From an uncultured Collinsella sp. (lineage in GTDB: Bacteria > Actinomycetota > Coriobacteriia > Coriobacteriales > Coriobacteriaceae), in contig CALLSU010000069.1 in the NCBI GenBank assembly GCA_938011935.1, positions 7,106-71,105 of the forward strand: a stretch of DNA of 64,000 nucleotides, in the 5' to 3' direction. The position numbers and the translations under genes were made by a program. Below the pieces are notes generated by a model that saw only the letters and a list, made by a program, of their open reading frames with translations, was not told the origin of the DNA and made no database searches. Of this stretch, positions 1 to 11,018 are shown in pieces (within the stretch, counting starts at the first letter, position 1; each line of letters opens with the position of its first letter).

Positions 1-44
1 TTACAGGTCGAGCACTTGGGATATTCAACAAACAGTACGGTCAT
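1..44 (-). CDS. ArsC/Spx (YffB-like) family protein, N-terminus only (gene runs off the window)
   Basis: Reverse complement of 1-44 reads MTVLFVEYPKCSTC, the CxxC start typical of this family; GGAGG RBS at 51-55. Confidence 0.7.
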   Translation of the reverse strand, partial: MTVLFVEYPKCSTC

Positions 45-136
45 GGGAATCCTCCGAATATAGATCGGCCAACGCAGGCACACGCCACACGAGGCGCCTT
101 CGTATGATGGGCCAATTGTAGCCCACGGGTCACACG

Positions 137-1189
137 CTAAACGAACCGTACCCCGAATCCGCGTTTGATGAACGGCAGCAGCTCCATTGCCTCGGGCGTG
201 ATATGACCCGCAACGTTCATGCGCTCCTCACCGGGAAGATCGACCCGCGCAATCTCAAGCTCGCCTTCGTAGCGCCCATAGCTGCTATTGCTCACAGCGA
301 TCGACCCCGCCTTTCGAAACAGGCCGGCACCGGCATCCATCGGCACGGAATCCGGCTTAAGCGTCGTACGCGACTCCTGAGACCTAAAGATGAGGGTGCT
401 CGAATCGGGTCGGTCGTGATGAATCTGCCCACGCACATAGGCATAACCGGGCTCAAGCTCGCATTGCAGGTCCACGTATCCGGCGGAAACATGAGCAAAC
501 TGCGTCCAGCCCGCATCGGAAAGATCGGGGTCGCCGACCAACACAATGTCGCAATCGGCGCCATGTGCAAGCTCAAGCATGTTGAGGGCAACCTTTGACG
601 CGCGACCGCGCTGCGCCTCGACCGTCGGCAGTCCCTCGAATACCGGCCCGCGAACGTTAGCATCACCCGGCACAAAAGCCATGATTTCGAATCCAAGCGC
701 CGCAAGACGAAGATTCACCCGAGCAATGTCCTCCAGAGCTAAACCGGTATAAGGCTTAGGGTAAAAATTGTGGCAGGCGGCAAAACGAGTCACATCGGCA
801 CCGGCCTCACGCCACGATGCGATTTCAACAGAACTCACCGTCGATGCATTGACCACAATGCGAAATACACCGGACAGCTCCGCGACCCGCTGGGCGCTAA
901 AGCCATAGTCCAAACGAAGGTATTCCAACCCCAGATCGCGCAGGTCCTCGATGCGCTCAAGCCCGAGCAAATCGCACGTGCGCGGCCCCACATCGGCAAT
1001 GAGCGCAATGCCGCGGGCAGAAAGCAGCGACAGCACATGACGGACCTTATCGGTATACGCCGCTCCCCCATCCTCGGGAATATGCAGCGAGGTAAACGCA
1101 TAGCGCGCACCCGCCGCGGCACCGTGCTCAATCGTCCGCTCAATATCCTGCAGAGGACTGGAAAGATAAATCGAAATACCCGTTTTCAC
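137..1189 (-). CDS. mupG: DUF871 / MupG-family 6-phospho-N-acetylmuramidase
   Basis: GISIY, FTSLHIPE, RLDYGF, CHNFYPKPYTGL and RGP..GLPTVE motifs; context next to murQ and a PTS gene. Confidence 0.8.
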   Translation of the reverse strand: MKTGISIYLSSPLQDIERTIEHGAAAGARYAFTSLHIPEDGGAAYTDKVRHVLSLLSARGIALIADVGPRTCDLLGLERIEDLRDLGLEYLRLDYGFSAQRVAELSGVFRIVVNASTVSSVEIASWREAGADVTRFAACHNFYPKPYTGLALEDIARVNLRLAALGFEIMAFVPGDANVRGPVFEGLPTVEAQRGRASKVALNMLELAHGADCDIVLVGDPDLSDAGWTQFAHVSAGYVDLQCELEPGYAYVRGQIHHDRPDSSTLIFRSQESRTTLKPDSVPMDAGAGLFRKAGSIAVSNSSYGRYEGELEIARVDLPGEERMNVAGHITPEAMELLPFIKRGFGVRFV

Positions 1190-1205
1190 GTTTCAACGCT
1201 CCTTT

Positions 1206-1239
1206 AAAAAAGGCCGGCGGAGCAGTTAGCCCCACCGGC
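1206..1239 (-). terminator. Hairpin plus U-tract between murP and mupG
   Basis: Minus strand GCCGGTGGGGC-TAACT-GCTCCGCCGGC followed by CTTTTTT. Confidence 0.5.
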
Positions 1240-1306
1240 ACAACCATAGCATCAAGAAATCTGCCGCGCGCCGCGAGCCCTGAGCAACACGTCTCGCGAT
1301 ATCAAA

Positions 1307-2737
1307 CTATTCGCCAAAGAACTCGTTGATCTTCTGCTCGTCGACGCCAAAGAACCACGTCAGGACAAAGCCGGCGGCATAGGCAAGCAGCATAGCGGCA
1401 ACGTAGCCGAGCTGCTGGCCAGGAACGACGATCGGCAGGCCAAACAGACCGGAAACGCCCTGAGAAACCGTGCCGATGTGAAGCAGCGCCGCGAGCGCGC
1501 CGCCAAATCCGGCACCCAGGCAGGCCGTCACAAACGGGCGAACGAGCGGCAGCGTAACGGCATACATCAGAGGCTCGCCCACACCCAGAATGCCAACGGG
1601 AATGGACTCTGCGACATACTTCTTGAGCTTGGCGTTCTTGGTCTTAAAGTACAGCGCCAGACCGGCACCGACCTGGCCGCCGTCAGCCATCATAAGGATG
1701 GGGAGCAGGTAATTGATGCCCTTGGTAGCGCCGTCGGGATCGTTGAGCATAGCGTGGATCGGCGTGAGCGCCTGATGCAGGCCGACGGAAACCAGCGGCA
1801 AGAAGCCTGCCGACAGGATATAGCCGCCCAGGACGCCCAGCTTCTCGAAAATAAAGGTCAAAACGCTAAAGATGGCAGTCGTCAGCCATGCGCCAACCGG
1901 CTGGATGACGAGCATCAGAGCAAAGGCACCGATGATGAGCACCAGCAGCGGGGACAAAAACGTGTCGAGTGCGTTGGGCATAACCTTGCGAATCTGACGC
2001 TCCATCCAGGCAAAAAATGCGCCAGCGATAAGAGCCGCGATCATGCCGCCCGCTGCGGGGTTGTACTGCGCATTGGTGAGCGGCAGCAGAATGGCAGTGG
2101 CAGGATCAGCCGCGCCAGGCGCAAGCAGGGGCATGGCACTGTTGGCGATACACATCATGCCGGCGATGCCGCCCAGCGCAGCGGAGCCGCCAAACTCACG
2201 TGCCGCGTTATAGCCCACCAAGATGGGCAGATAGGCAAACAGGGCCCAGCCCATGGAACGAATGCCCTGGTACCACCACTCGCCTGCAAGCGCGCCTGCC
2301 GTCGAGACGTTAATGACGTTGCAGATACCGTTGATGAGGCCAGCCGCAATGATGCCGGGAAGCAGGGCGACGAAGACATTGGAAATCTTCTTGAGGAAGG
2401 CCTGAACCGGCTTGGACTCGTACTTTGCCTTCTGCGCGGCCTTGTTTGTGGCCGCAGCGTCAACCACGCTCTCGTCGGCAACGCCTTTCGCAAGGCCGGT
2501 GAGCTTGGAGAACTCCTCGAGCACCTTATTCACCTTGCCCGGCCCCAGCACGATCTGCATCGTGTCGTCCTCGACCAATCCCATCACGCCGTCGAGTGCC
2601 TTAATACCCTCCGTGTCGACGCTGCCTGTGTCTTTGACGGTCACGCGCAGGCGCGTCATGCACGCCGCGTTTGCGAGCACGTTGTCTTTACCGCCCAAAA
2701 GGTCCAGCAGCTTTTGAGCCAGCTCTTTGTTCGTCAT
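1307..2737 (-). CDS. murP: PTS N-acetylmuramic acid transporter EIIBC
   Basis: EIIB motif CMTRLR, QIVLGPG, multi-TM EIIC with GLHQAL and GVGEPLMY; adjacent to murQ. Confidence 0.85.
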   Translation of the reverse strand: MTNKELAQKLLDLLGGKDNVLANAACMTRLRVTVKDTGSVDTEGIKALDGVMGLVEDDTMQIVLGPGKVNKVLEEFSKLTGLAKGVADESVVDAAATNKAAQKAKYESKPVQAFLKKISNVFVALLPGIIAAGLINGICNVINVSTAGALAGEWWYQGIRSMGWALFAYLPILVGYNAAREFGGSAALGGIAGMMCIANSAMPLLAPGAADPATAILLPLTNAQYNPAAGGMIAALIAGAFFAWMERQIRKVMPNALDTFLSPLLVLIIGAFALMLVIQPVGAWLTTAIFSVLTFIFEKLGVLGGYILSAGFLPLVSVGLHQALTPIHAMLNDPDGATKGINYLLPILMMADGGQVGAGLALYFKTKNAKLKKYVAESIPVGILGVGEPLMYAVTLPLVRPFVTACLGAGFGGALAALLHIGTVSQGVSGLFGLPIVVPGQQLGYVAAMLLAYAAGFVLTWFFGVDEQKINEFFGE

Positions 2738-2794
2738 AACTCCTCCTTGTATTGGGTATCTCGTTTGGATGTCATATCAGCTCACGCCGCGCAC

Positions 2795-3718
<924 letters not shown>

Positions 3719-3728
3719 TTCATTCACC

Positions 3729-4589
3729 TCATCTTTCCTGTTTCTCGATGTAGTTTTGCTTAATGACATGCGTCGCCCGTTCGTAGTCGCTGGCAACGTA
3801 AGCAGCGTACAGGGCATCGACAACCATAAGCTGGGCCATACGCGAAGCCATGGCACCGCTGCGGACCAAGGGTTCACTCGCAGCGACGCCGAGCACGGCA
3901 TCGGCCACGGTGGCAAGCTTGGATGATCCATCTACTTTGGTAACGGCCACAACGGGACAGTTGTGACGTTGAGCCTCGGCGGTGCAGTCCAGCACCTCTT
4001 GCGTCAAGCCCGAGTAGCTAAAGGCGATCGCCATATCGCCCTCATGCATGTTCTTGGCACACAAGAGCTGATCATGCCAGTCGTCGTACAGATGGCACTC
4101 CTTGTCGACACGCATGAGCTTTTGCGCCAGATCGTGCGCGACCAAACGAGAGGCACCGATACCGAACAGATTGACCGCGCGTGCCCGCTTAAGACGGGCC
4201 GCGCATCGCTCCAAGACGGTGTAATCGAGCGTTCGCGCCGTCGCCTCGATCGTGCGCACGTTGCTTTTCATCACCTTCCCCACGATACGTTCGACGCTGT
4301 CATCCATGGAGATGTCCTCGAGGGCTACGTCTTTCTTGTCACCTAAGAGCGCCAGCTCGGCAATCAGTTCGCGCTGGAACTCCTTGTAGCCCGCAAAACC
4401 CAAACGCTTGCAAAAGCGCAAAATGCTCGAGGGCGAGGAGAACGTGACATCGGCAAGACCGCGGACGGACAGCCCGACCACCTCGTGCGGATGAGCGGTT
4501 ACATATGCGATGACATTGCGTTCCGCCGGGCTCGCGCTGAGCTCACGCTCGCGAAGTCGCAAAAGCAATCCGTTTGCCATCTCAAACAC
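3729..4589 (-). CDS. murR: RpiR/MurR-family transcriptional regulator (HTH + SIS)
   Basis: SILRFCKRLGFAGYKEF HTH; FGIGAS and FSYSG SIS motifs. Confidence 0.9.
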   Translation of the reverse strand: MFEMANGLLLRLRERELSASPAERNVIAYVTAHPHEVVGLSVRGLADVTFSSPSSILRFCKRLGFAGYKEFQRELIAELALLGDKKDVALEDISMDDSVERIVGKVMKSNVRTIEATARTLDYTVLERCAARLKRARAVNLFGIGASRLVAHDLAQKLMRVDKECHLYDDWHDQLLCAKNMHEGDMAIAFSYSGLTQEVLDCTAEAQRHNCPVVAVTKVDGSSKLATVADAVLGVAASEPLVRSGAMASRMAQLMVVDALYAAYVASDYERATHVIKQNYIEKQER

Positions 4590-4784
4590 CTCCGTTGAGA
4601 AGAATTAAAGACCAACGAACGATTCGTACCGGATACAAACAGCTTTTGCGGTACATTGTGCCGCATCGTGGCGCACAAAGGGAGAGCGTTCTACCGCTCG
4701 CCCCTCAAATCCGACCGCTCGGAAATACGCGCGACACAAAATAATTCAACAAGGTCGCATTATCAGAAACGGGTTTGTTACCGG

Positions 4785-5366
4785 CTAGCGCCTCGCATGG
4801 GCGCCGATCGGCCGAGTCGCATAGCGCACCAACGCCGCTGCCAGCAATACCAACAGCATGGCGGTGACATAGCCCGCAGCATCGAATCCTAAATCGATAA
4901 CGTCGAAATGCCTGCCGGGAACAAAGATCTTATGTACCTGATCGCCAACGGAGCAGACGGCGCAAAAGAGCAACACGGGCACGCAACGGGAGCATACGCT
5001 CCACGGACGCCCGGAAAAGCAAACCACGACCACCGAGGCGAACAATCCGACGAAGAAAAACTCTACGGTATGGGCAACGCGACGGACGTTCGCGCCCACC
5101 CACATGCGAATGGAGGCAAGTCGGCCAGACCGGACATTCGAAGCAGCCGAATCGGTGCCCCCGGTCATCCCGTTCTCGGTCTGAGCTTCACCCGTGGCAT
5201 CGGCAGCCTGTACGCCCGTAGCCTGACCCTCCACCACACGCGCGGTGGACTCGCTCAGCAACGACGTCTGCACCGCGTTTTGCTCCGTCAGCACCCAGAT
5301 GCCCGCCAGCGTTGCAGCGAACAGAGCGATCGCGGTCCATCCGATTATTTGTTTTACGTGTGCCAA
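4785..5366 (-). CDS. VanZ-like membrane protein
   Basis: RRVAHTVEFF, DQVHKIFVPGRHF..DLGFD motifs; TTG start after GGAGG RBS. Confidence 0.75.
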   Translation of the reverse strand: MAHVKQIIGWTAIALFAATLAGIWVLTEQNAVQTSLLSESTARVVEGQATGVQAADATGEAQTENGMTGGTDSAASNVRSGRLASIRMWVGANVRRVAHTVEFFFVGLFASVVVVCFSGRPWSVCSRCVPVLLFCAVCSVGDQVHKIFVPGRHFDVIDLGFDAAGYVTAMLLVLLAAALVRYATRPIGAHARR

Positions 5367-5470
5367 GGGCCTACCTCCTTTTTTGAATATCAGCGAGTGT
5401 AGCCCCAAATGACATCGTCACCGTATCAAAATTTGAATCGCAACAGGAAGCGCCAAAGCGACGCAAACCC

Positions 5471-6076
5471 CTACCCCGCCTCGCGCATCCAGCGATCGAA
5501 CGTCCCCACGCACACGCCCAGGCACTTTGCTGCCTGGCTGCGGGTAATATCGCCCGCCTCATAGCTATCGCGTACCAGATCAAACTGAGGAGGGCACGGC
5601 TTGCGAGGTCGACCGAAACGGACCCCTCGCGCCCGCGCCGCTGCAATTCCCTCCGCTTGGCGCCGATGGATATTCTCGCGCTCCACCTGCGCCACGTAGC
5701 TCAGCAGTTGCAGCACAATATCGGCAATCAGGGTATTAGTCACATCCGGCGTGCCACTTGCCCTGGCGCGCGTGTCAAGCAATGGCATGTCCAACACCAC
5801 AATGGCAACCCCGAGCTCCTTGGTAATGCGACGCCATTCCTCAAGAATCTCGGAGTAATTACGACCAAGTCGGTCGATAGAAAGCACCACCAGCACGTCC
5901 CCGTCTCCCAGGACGTGCAGCAGCTCGCGATAGCGCGGTCGATCGAAGTCCTTGCCGCTCGCATGGTCGGCGTAAATATTCGCCGAGCCCACGCCATAGG
6001 CGCCCAGCGCATCCAGCTGCCGATTAAGATTCTGATCGCGCGAACTCACCCGCGCATAACCATACACCGTCGCCAT
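5471..6076 (-). CDS. Small serine recombinase (resolvase/invertase family)
   Basis: YGYARVSS catalytic motif, SGK..DRP, IDRLGRN, ER..I..RQAEGIAAA..RG..FGRP, C-terminal HTH. Confidence 0.92.
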   Translation of the reverse strand: MATVYGYARVSSRDQNLNRQLDALGAYGVGSANIYADHASGKDFDRPRYRELLHVLGDGDVLVVLSIDRLGRNYSEILEEWRRITKELGVAIVVLDMPLLDTRARASGTPDVTNTLIADIVLQLLSYVAQVERENIHRRQAEGIAAARARGVRFGRPRKPCPPQFDLVRDSYEAGDITRSQAAKCLGVCVGTFDRWMREAG

Positions 6077-6093
6077 CTCATCCCCGCTTTCTT

Positions 6094-6137
6094 GTAAACC
6101 TGCCAAAAAGGGACAGGTTTATTTTGGTAGGTTTTAC
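6094..6137. repeat. GGGAC-loop palindromic repeat (REP-like), copy upstream of the resolvase
   Basis: GTAAACCTGCCAAAA-AGGGACAGGTTTA-TTTTGGTAGGTTTTAC; near-identical core at 18108-18140. Confidence 0.6.
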
Positions 6138-6196
6138 CTCTCGAATAGCAGGTAAGCGGGCGGCCGAGCAGACGGCAAGGTAGCCATGATCCAAAT

Positions 6197-6228
6197 GCGG
6201 AGGGCGGCCCCGAAAGACCGCCCTCCGC
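6197..6228 (-). terminator. Strong hairpin downstream of rnr
   Basis: GCGGAGGGCGG...CCGCCCTCCGC perfect 11-bp inverted repeat. Confidence 0.55.
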
Positions 6229-6253
6229 TCTCCCGCCATGAGTCGAGATTTGG

Positions 6254-8389
6254 CTAATGGATAAGCTTAAAGTCCAAGTGCCCACGCGTGGTATTGACGC
6301 GCGAGACCTCGATAATCACGCGCTGACCCAGTTCATAGCGAGTCCCCGTGTCGGCACCTGTGAGCGTGAGCGCATCCTCGTCGAACTCGAACCACTCGTT
6401 GCCCAGGCTCTTGATCGAAACCAAGCCTTCGACCTGCGTCAGGTCCAAGCGCACGAAGAGGCCCATGCTGCTAACCCACGAGACGGTTCCGGCATAGCGC
6501 TCGCCCAGACGGTCCTCATAGTACTGGGCAATCTTGATCTTTTGCGTCGCATGGCTGGCGGCATCGGCCGCACGCTCCGCATCGCTGCATGCGCGGCAGA
6601 TCTGCGGCAGAATGCGCGGCAGCGACTCGCGCCCCTTGCCGATCAGCCGCGGCGTACGGACCAGGGCGTCCTTGCCGCCGAGCTGCTCATAGGCCAACTG
6701 CAGCTTGAGCACGCGGTGCACCACCAGATCGGGGTAGCGACGGATGGGACTCGTAAAGTGACAGTAGCACGGCGCGGCGAGCGCAAAGTGGCCCTCGTTG
6801 CGCGGCTTGTACAGCGCACGCTGCATGCTGCGCAGAAGCAGCGTGTTGACGAGCGGTGCGTTTGCCGTACCGGCGGCAGCATCAACTGCAGCCTGCAGCT
6901 CATCGGGACTCCCCAGGGCAATACCGGCAGCACGGCGATCGTCGATGATGCCCAGCTGCGCCAGCGCAACGGCGGCACCGTGCAGGCTATCGGGGCTCGG
7001 ATCCTCATGCACGCGATAGCAGGCCTCGATATCACGGTCTGCCAGCCACTCTGCAACGCACTCGTTGGCGAGCAGCATGGCTTCCTCGATAAGCGACGTG
7101 GCACACGAACGCTCACGCGCCACAATCTGCACGGGTACTCCGTCCTCATCCAATAGAGCGCGAATCTCGGCCGTGTCAAAATCGACTGAGCCGCGGGCAC
7201 GACGAATACGACGGCGAAGTTCGGCGAGTTCGTTGGCGGCGACAAGGAAATCGCCGAGGTCGACGTTATAGCCGCGAGCAGTTTCCTCGCACGCAAGACC
7301 GCGCTCAAGCGCCTCCTCGCGCGAGGCCTCAGCAGCCGCAACATCCTCGGCCGCACCCTCCAGCACCGAATACTCAACCGCGTCGGCACGCACCAGCAGC
7401 GCCTCGGCGCCGTCATAGTCCATACGCACACGCGAGCGAATCACGCTGGGGTAAGGATCGTAATGCCGCACGCGACCCTGCGCATCGAGCTCAATGTCAA
7501 CGGTAAACGCAAGACGGTCCTCGTCAGGGCGAAGCGAGCATAGGTCACAGGACAGGCGTTCGGGCAGCATGGGAAGCACGCGATCGGCCAGATACACCGA
7601 TGTCGTACGATGGCGAGCCTCAAGATCGATATGCCCGTCCCAAGCCACATAGTGAGAAACGTCAGCGATATGCACACCCAGCTTGTAGCCACCCTCGGGC
7701 GTGCGCTCAAGCGAAATGGCATCGTCAAAGTCGCGCGCGTCGACCGGGTCGATCGTGATGACAAAGTGGTCGCGCAGATCGCGGCGGAGCGGGTCCTTAA
7801 GCGCCGCGGACACATCGAGCGAAAGCCCCTCGGCCTCGTCCAGCGCGGCCTCGGGATAGCTATCGGTATAGCCGTAACGCGCCATCACGTATTGAACGCC
7901 CAAATCGGGCGCGTCATCTCCGCCAATGCGGCGTTCGATCGTCACGGTGCCCGATTCCAGGCGCGTCGGGTAGGTCAAAATGCGCGCGACAACGGCATCA
8001 CCCGGGTGGACGCCCAGACGATCCGCCGAGGTATCCTCGGGCAGAATGAAGAAGTCGGCCTTCAGGCGCGAATCGAGCGGCTCGATCACACCGAGCGGAC
8101 CAGCGGTCTGGTACGTACCCACCACGCTTATGGCTGCGCGCTCAACCACGCCTTCGATCACGGCGCGCCGCTCACCGTGCGGGCTGTTCTTAATGCTCAC
8201 GGCAACGGTATCGCCATCCATGATCTCGCGCTTACCGCGGCCCATAACCTTGTAGTCGCCGCTCTCGGTTATGACATAGGCGCCATGCTCATGGAGCTGC
8301 ACGCGCCCGGTCAGGCTCGGACGGCGTTCGCTGCGCACCGGCCCACGCTTATTGCGAGCACCGCGCTTATGCTTGTTATTGCGCCCCAT
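6254..8389 (-). CDS. rnr: Ribonuclease R
   Basis: RNB motifs TIDP.DARDFDDA, VHIADVSHYV, HFTSPIRRYPDL; C-terminal S1 domain. Confidence 0.93.
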   Translation of the reverse strand: MGRNNKHKRGARNKRGPVRSERRPSLTGRVQLHEHGAYVITESGDYKVMGRGKREIMDGDTVAVSIKNSPHGERRAVIEGVVERAAISVVGTYQTAGPLGVIEPLDSRLKADFFILPEDTSADRLGVHPGDAVVARILTYPTRLESGTVTIERRIGGDDAPDLGVQYVMARYGYTDSYPEAALDEAEGLSLDVSAALKDPLRRDLRDHFVITIDPVDARDFDDAISLERTPEGGYKLGVHIADVSHYVAWDGHIDLEARHRTTSVYLADRVLPMLPERLSCDLCSLRPDEDRLAFTVDIELDAQGRVRHYDPYPSVIRSRVRMDYDGAEALLVRADAVEYSVLEGAAEDVAAAEASREEALERGLACEETARGYNVDLGDFLVAANELAELRRRIRRARGSVDFDTAEIRALLDEDGVPVQIVARERSCATSLIEEAMLLANECVAEWLADRDIEACYRVHEDPSPDSLHGAAVALAQLGIIDDRRAAGIALGSPDELQAAVDAAAGTANAPLVNTLLLRSMQRALYKPRNEGHFALAAPCYCHFTSPIRRYPDLVVHRVLKLQLAYEQLGGKDALVRTPRLIGKGRESLPRILPQICRACSDAERAADAASHATQKIKIAQYYEDRLGERYAGTVSWVSSMGLFVRLDLTQVEGLVSIKSLGNEWFEFDEDALTLTGADTGTRYELGQRVIIEVSRVNTTRGHLDFKLIH

Positions 8390-8466
8390 GGCGCCTCCTT
8401 GCTATCGATGACGAACTCCAAAGAGTCTACCCAAATGATTCGCTTTCCTGCCGTCCCCTAGAGATC

Positions 8467-8500
8467 AAAAAACGGGCCGCCCCATAAGAGACGACCCGTT
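8467..8500 (-). terminator. Intrinsic terminator after ftsX
   Basis: Minus strand AACGGGTCG...CGGCCCGTT followed by a T-run. Confidence 0.55.
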
Positions 8501-8524
8501 GGAAGGGATGAATTCCAGGCATGC

Positions 8525-9445
8525 CTACACGCGCAGGTAGCGGCGCATGGCTATGGCAGAACCAAAGAGACCGATAATCACACCGACCAGAATCAGCGCA
8601 GCATAGGTCACCAGGTAGTACTGCATCGGCAGGGCAAACGACATCCAGCCGATGCTCTCCTGCAAACGCGGAATCATCAGATTGCGCAGCAGCTCCAGAA
8701 CGCCGATGGAAAGCAGCGAGCCCAAAATGGCCTGCAGTACGCCCTCGGTGATAAACGGGCCGCGAATGAAGCCGTTGCTGGCGCCGACCAGACGCATAAT
8801 CGCAATCTCACGACGACGCGCCGTGATGGACAGGCGAATCGTGTTGTTGATGAAGATGAATGCGATAAAGGTCAAAAGGCCAACGAGCACCACGGCGGCG
8901 ATGCGGATGTAGTTGGTCACCTGGAACAGGCGGCTCACTTCCTCTTGGCCGTACAGCACGCTCGCGTTGACGTCGCCGTCATCCGCGATCTTCTGGAAGT
9001 CGGCGTTCTTCTTGAGCTTCTGGGCCGTGCTCTCGACCTTGGACGGATCGTCCATCTCAATTGCAAACGAAGCCGGCAGCGGGTTCTGGCCATCGAGCGC
9101 GCTCATGGTGGCGTCGGCGTTGCCCGACATCTTGCTCGTATACTCGGCCAGCGCGTCGTCCTTGTCCTTGTACGTCACGGACTTGACGTTGCTCCACGTC
9201 TTGAGCTCAGCCTCAAAAGCCTGAACATCGGCCTGATCGGCGTCATCGCTAATAAAGGCGTTGATGACGACCTGATCCTCGACGGTGCCGATCACGGAGT
9301 TCAGCATCGCGGAGCCCATGATGAACAGGCCGATGATAAACAGCGAAAGGAAGATCGTGATGACGGCGCCGAGCGAGGTAGTCCAGTTACGGAAGAAGTG
9401 ACTGATTGCCTCTTTGAAGGAGTAGCCCACGTTAGTTGGTGCCAT
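8525..9445 (-). CDS. ftsX: Cell division permease FtsX
   Basis: NTIRLSITARRREIAIMRLVGA..FIRGPF; overlaps ftsE. Confidence 0.93.
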   Translation of the reverse strand: MAPTNVGYSFKEAISHFFRNWTTSLGAVITIFLSLFIIGLFIMGSAMLNSVIGTVEDQVVINAFISDDADQADVQAFEAELKTWSNVKSVTYKDKDDALAEYTSKMSGNADATMSALDGQNPLPASFAIEMDDPSKVESTAQKLKKNADFQKIADDGDVNASVLYGQEEVSRLFQVTNYIRIAAVVLVGLLTFIAFIFINNTIRLSITARRREIAIMRLVGASNGFIRGPFITEGVLQAILGSLLSIGVLELLRNLMIPRLQESIGWMSFALPMQYYLVTYAALILVGVIIGLFGSAIAMRRYLRV

Positions 9446-10652
9446 AGTTGCCGTAACCTCCCCTCTCCTGGTCGCGGATAACGTGGCCGCCCTCGAGGGC
9501 GATCACGCGACGGTGCATGCTATCGACCATCTCGCGGTCGTGCGTGGCGACGATCACGGTGGTGCCGGTGCGGTTAATACGCTCGAGCAGCTTCATGATG
9601 CCCAGCGAGATCGCCGGGTCGAGGTTGCCCGTGGGCTCGTCGCAGATAAGCAGCGGCGGGCGGTTGACCATGGCGCGGGCAACGGCAACGCGCTGCTGCT
9701 CGCCACCGGAAAGCTGATCGGGCAGCGAGTCCATCTGATCGGCCAGGCCGACCAGACGCAGCACCTCGGGAACCTGGCTGCGAATGACACCCTTGGGCTT
9801 GCCGATGCACTGCAGGGCAAACGCCACGTTTTCGTAGGCGGATTTTTGAGGCAGAAGCTTAAAGTCCTGGAACACGGCGCCAATCTGACGGCGCAGGAAC
9901 GGAACCTTGCGGTTCTTGATCTTCATGAGGTCCTGACCGGCAACCAAGATGCGGCCGCTCGTCGGCTTGACGTCGCGGTTGAGCGTCGACAGCAGCGTGG
10001 TCTTACCCGAGCCGGAATGACCGACCAGGAAGACGAACTCGCCCGGATAGATCTCGATGTTGATGTCGTCGAGTGCAGGCTTGTTGGGCTGTGCCGGATA
10101 GATCTTGGTGACATGCTCCATAAGGATGACGGGCTCGACACCGGCCTGCTTGGCCATCTTCTTGCGGCTGGCTTGCGGATCGATGGGCGCAAACACCGAC
10201 GTAAAATCGGGGTTGTTGAGCGCGTTATCGAGGCTTGCGACCTCGGCGGCCTGATCGCTCTCGACCACCGGGGCAGCAGGCTGCGTGGGATCGGGAATAG
10301 CGGCAAAGAGACCGGACTGCGCAGGCTGAGGAACCGGCGTCGCAGGGGCCATGGGGTCGGGAATGCCGGCCATGGTAGGCTGCGGCGTGGCGGCGCCAGC
10401 CTGAGGCTGCTCCACGCGAGCGGTCACGGCCTGAACGGGCCCAAAACCCGCCGTGCCGGAAAGCGCGACATCGCTGGTGGGATTGTAGGCAAAGGGATCG
10501 GATGCCGGCTGTGCCTGATCTGCCGGCTGAGCGGGGGCCTGAGCAACAGGCTGGCCCTCTGAATCCGGAGTGGCGAAACGACTGCCCTGGACGCCTGTCT
10601 GCGTCTTGGGGGCATCATCGCCCGCACCGGAGGTACGGAAGTGGTTACCCAC
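9432..10652 (-). CDS. ftsE: Cell division ATP-binding protein FtsE with a long Pro/Ala/Gln-rich N-terminal extension
   Basis: GHSGSGKT, VFQDFKLL, LSGGEQQR, DEPTGNLD; GTG start with AAGGAG RBS. Confidence 0.92.
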   Translation of the reverse strand: MGNHFRTSGAGDDAPKTQTGVQGSRFATPDSEGQPVAQAPAQPADQAQPASDPFAYNPTSDVALSGTAGFGPVQAVTARVEQPQAGAATPQPTMAGIPDPMAPATPVPQPAQSGLFAAIPDPTQPAAPVVESDQAAEVASLDNALNNPDFTSVFAPIDPQASRKKMAKQAGVEPVILMEHVTKIYPAQPNKPALDDINIEIYPGEFVFLVGHSGSGKTTLLSTLNRDVKPTSGRILVAGQDLMKIKNRKVPFLRRQIGAVFQDFKLLPQKSAYENVAFALQCIGKPKGVIRSQVPEVLRLVGLADQMDSLPDQLSGGEQQRVAVARAMVNRPPLLICDEPTGNLDPAISLGIMKLLERINRTGTTVIVATHDREMVDSMHRRVIALEGGHVIRDQERGGYGNYGTN

Positions 10653-10936
10653 TGGTGCTCCTTATCGTCGTGCGTTTAAACTACATGAGCGCTTTGTATT
10701 TTAGCAGCATTAGCTTTGCTGCACATAAGAAGCATGGCGGGGTTTGGGTCTCACCGACCGGGCGCAGGGTTACCTCCCAAATCCTCCTCGCGCATGGCCT
10801 GCGGCTACTATGGGGCCGACGCACCAACTTGAGATGCTGCGCATACAAAGTTGGAAGGGTCTGAATTGCACTTTGTTGGGATGGGCCCGTTTCCCCATGG
10901 GACCTTTGCTTGGCAGGACTCTAATTTAAATTCAAC

Positions 10937-10975
10937 AAAAACAGGGGCGCCCTCTTTGGGGATACCCCTGTTCTG
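10937..10975 (-). terminator. Intrinsic terminator after the transketolase genes
   Basis: Minus strand AACAGGGG...CCCCTGTT followed by TTTGTT. Confidence 0.55.
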
Positions 10976-11018
10976 GCTTGGATGTGGTTGTTGAGACGAT
11001 ACTTTGCCTCGTCTTGCC

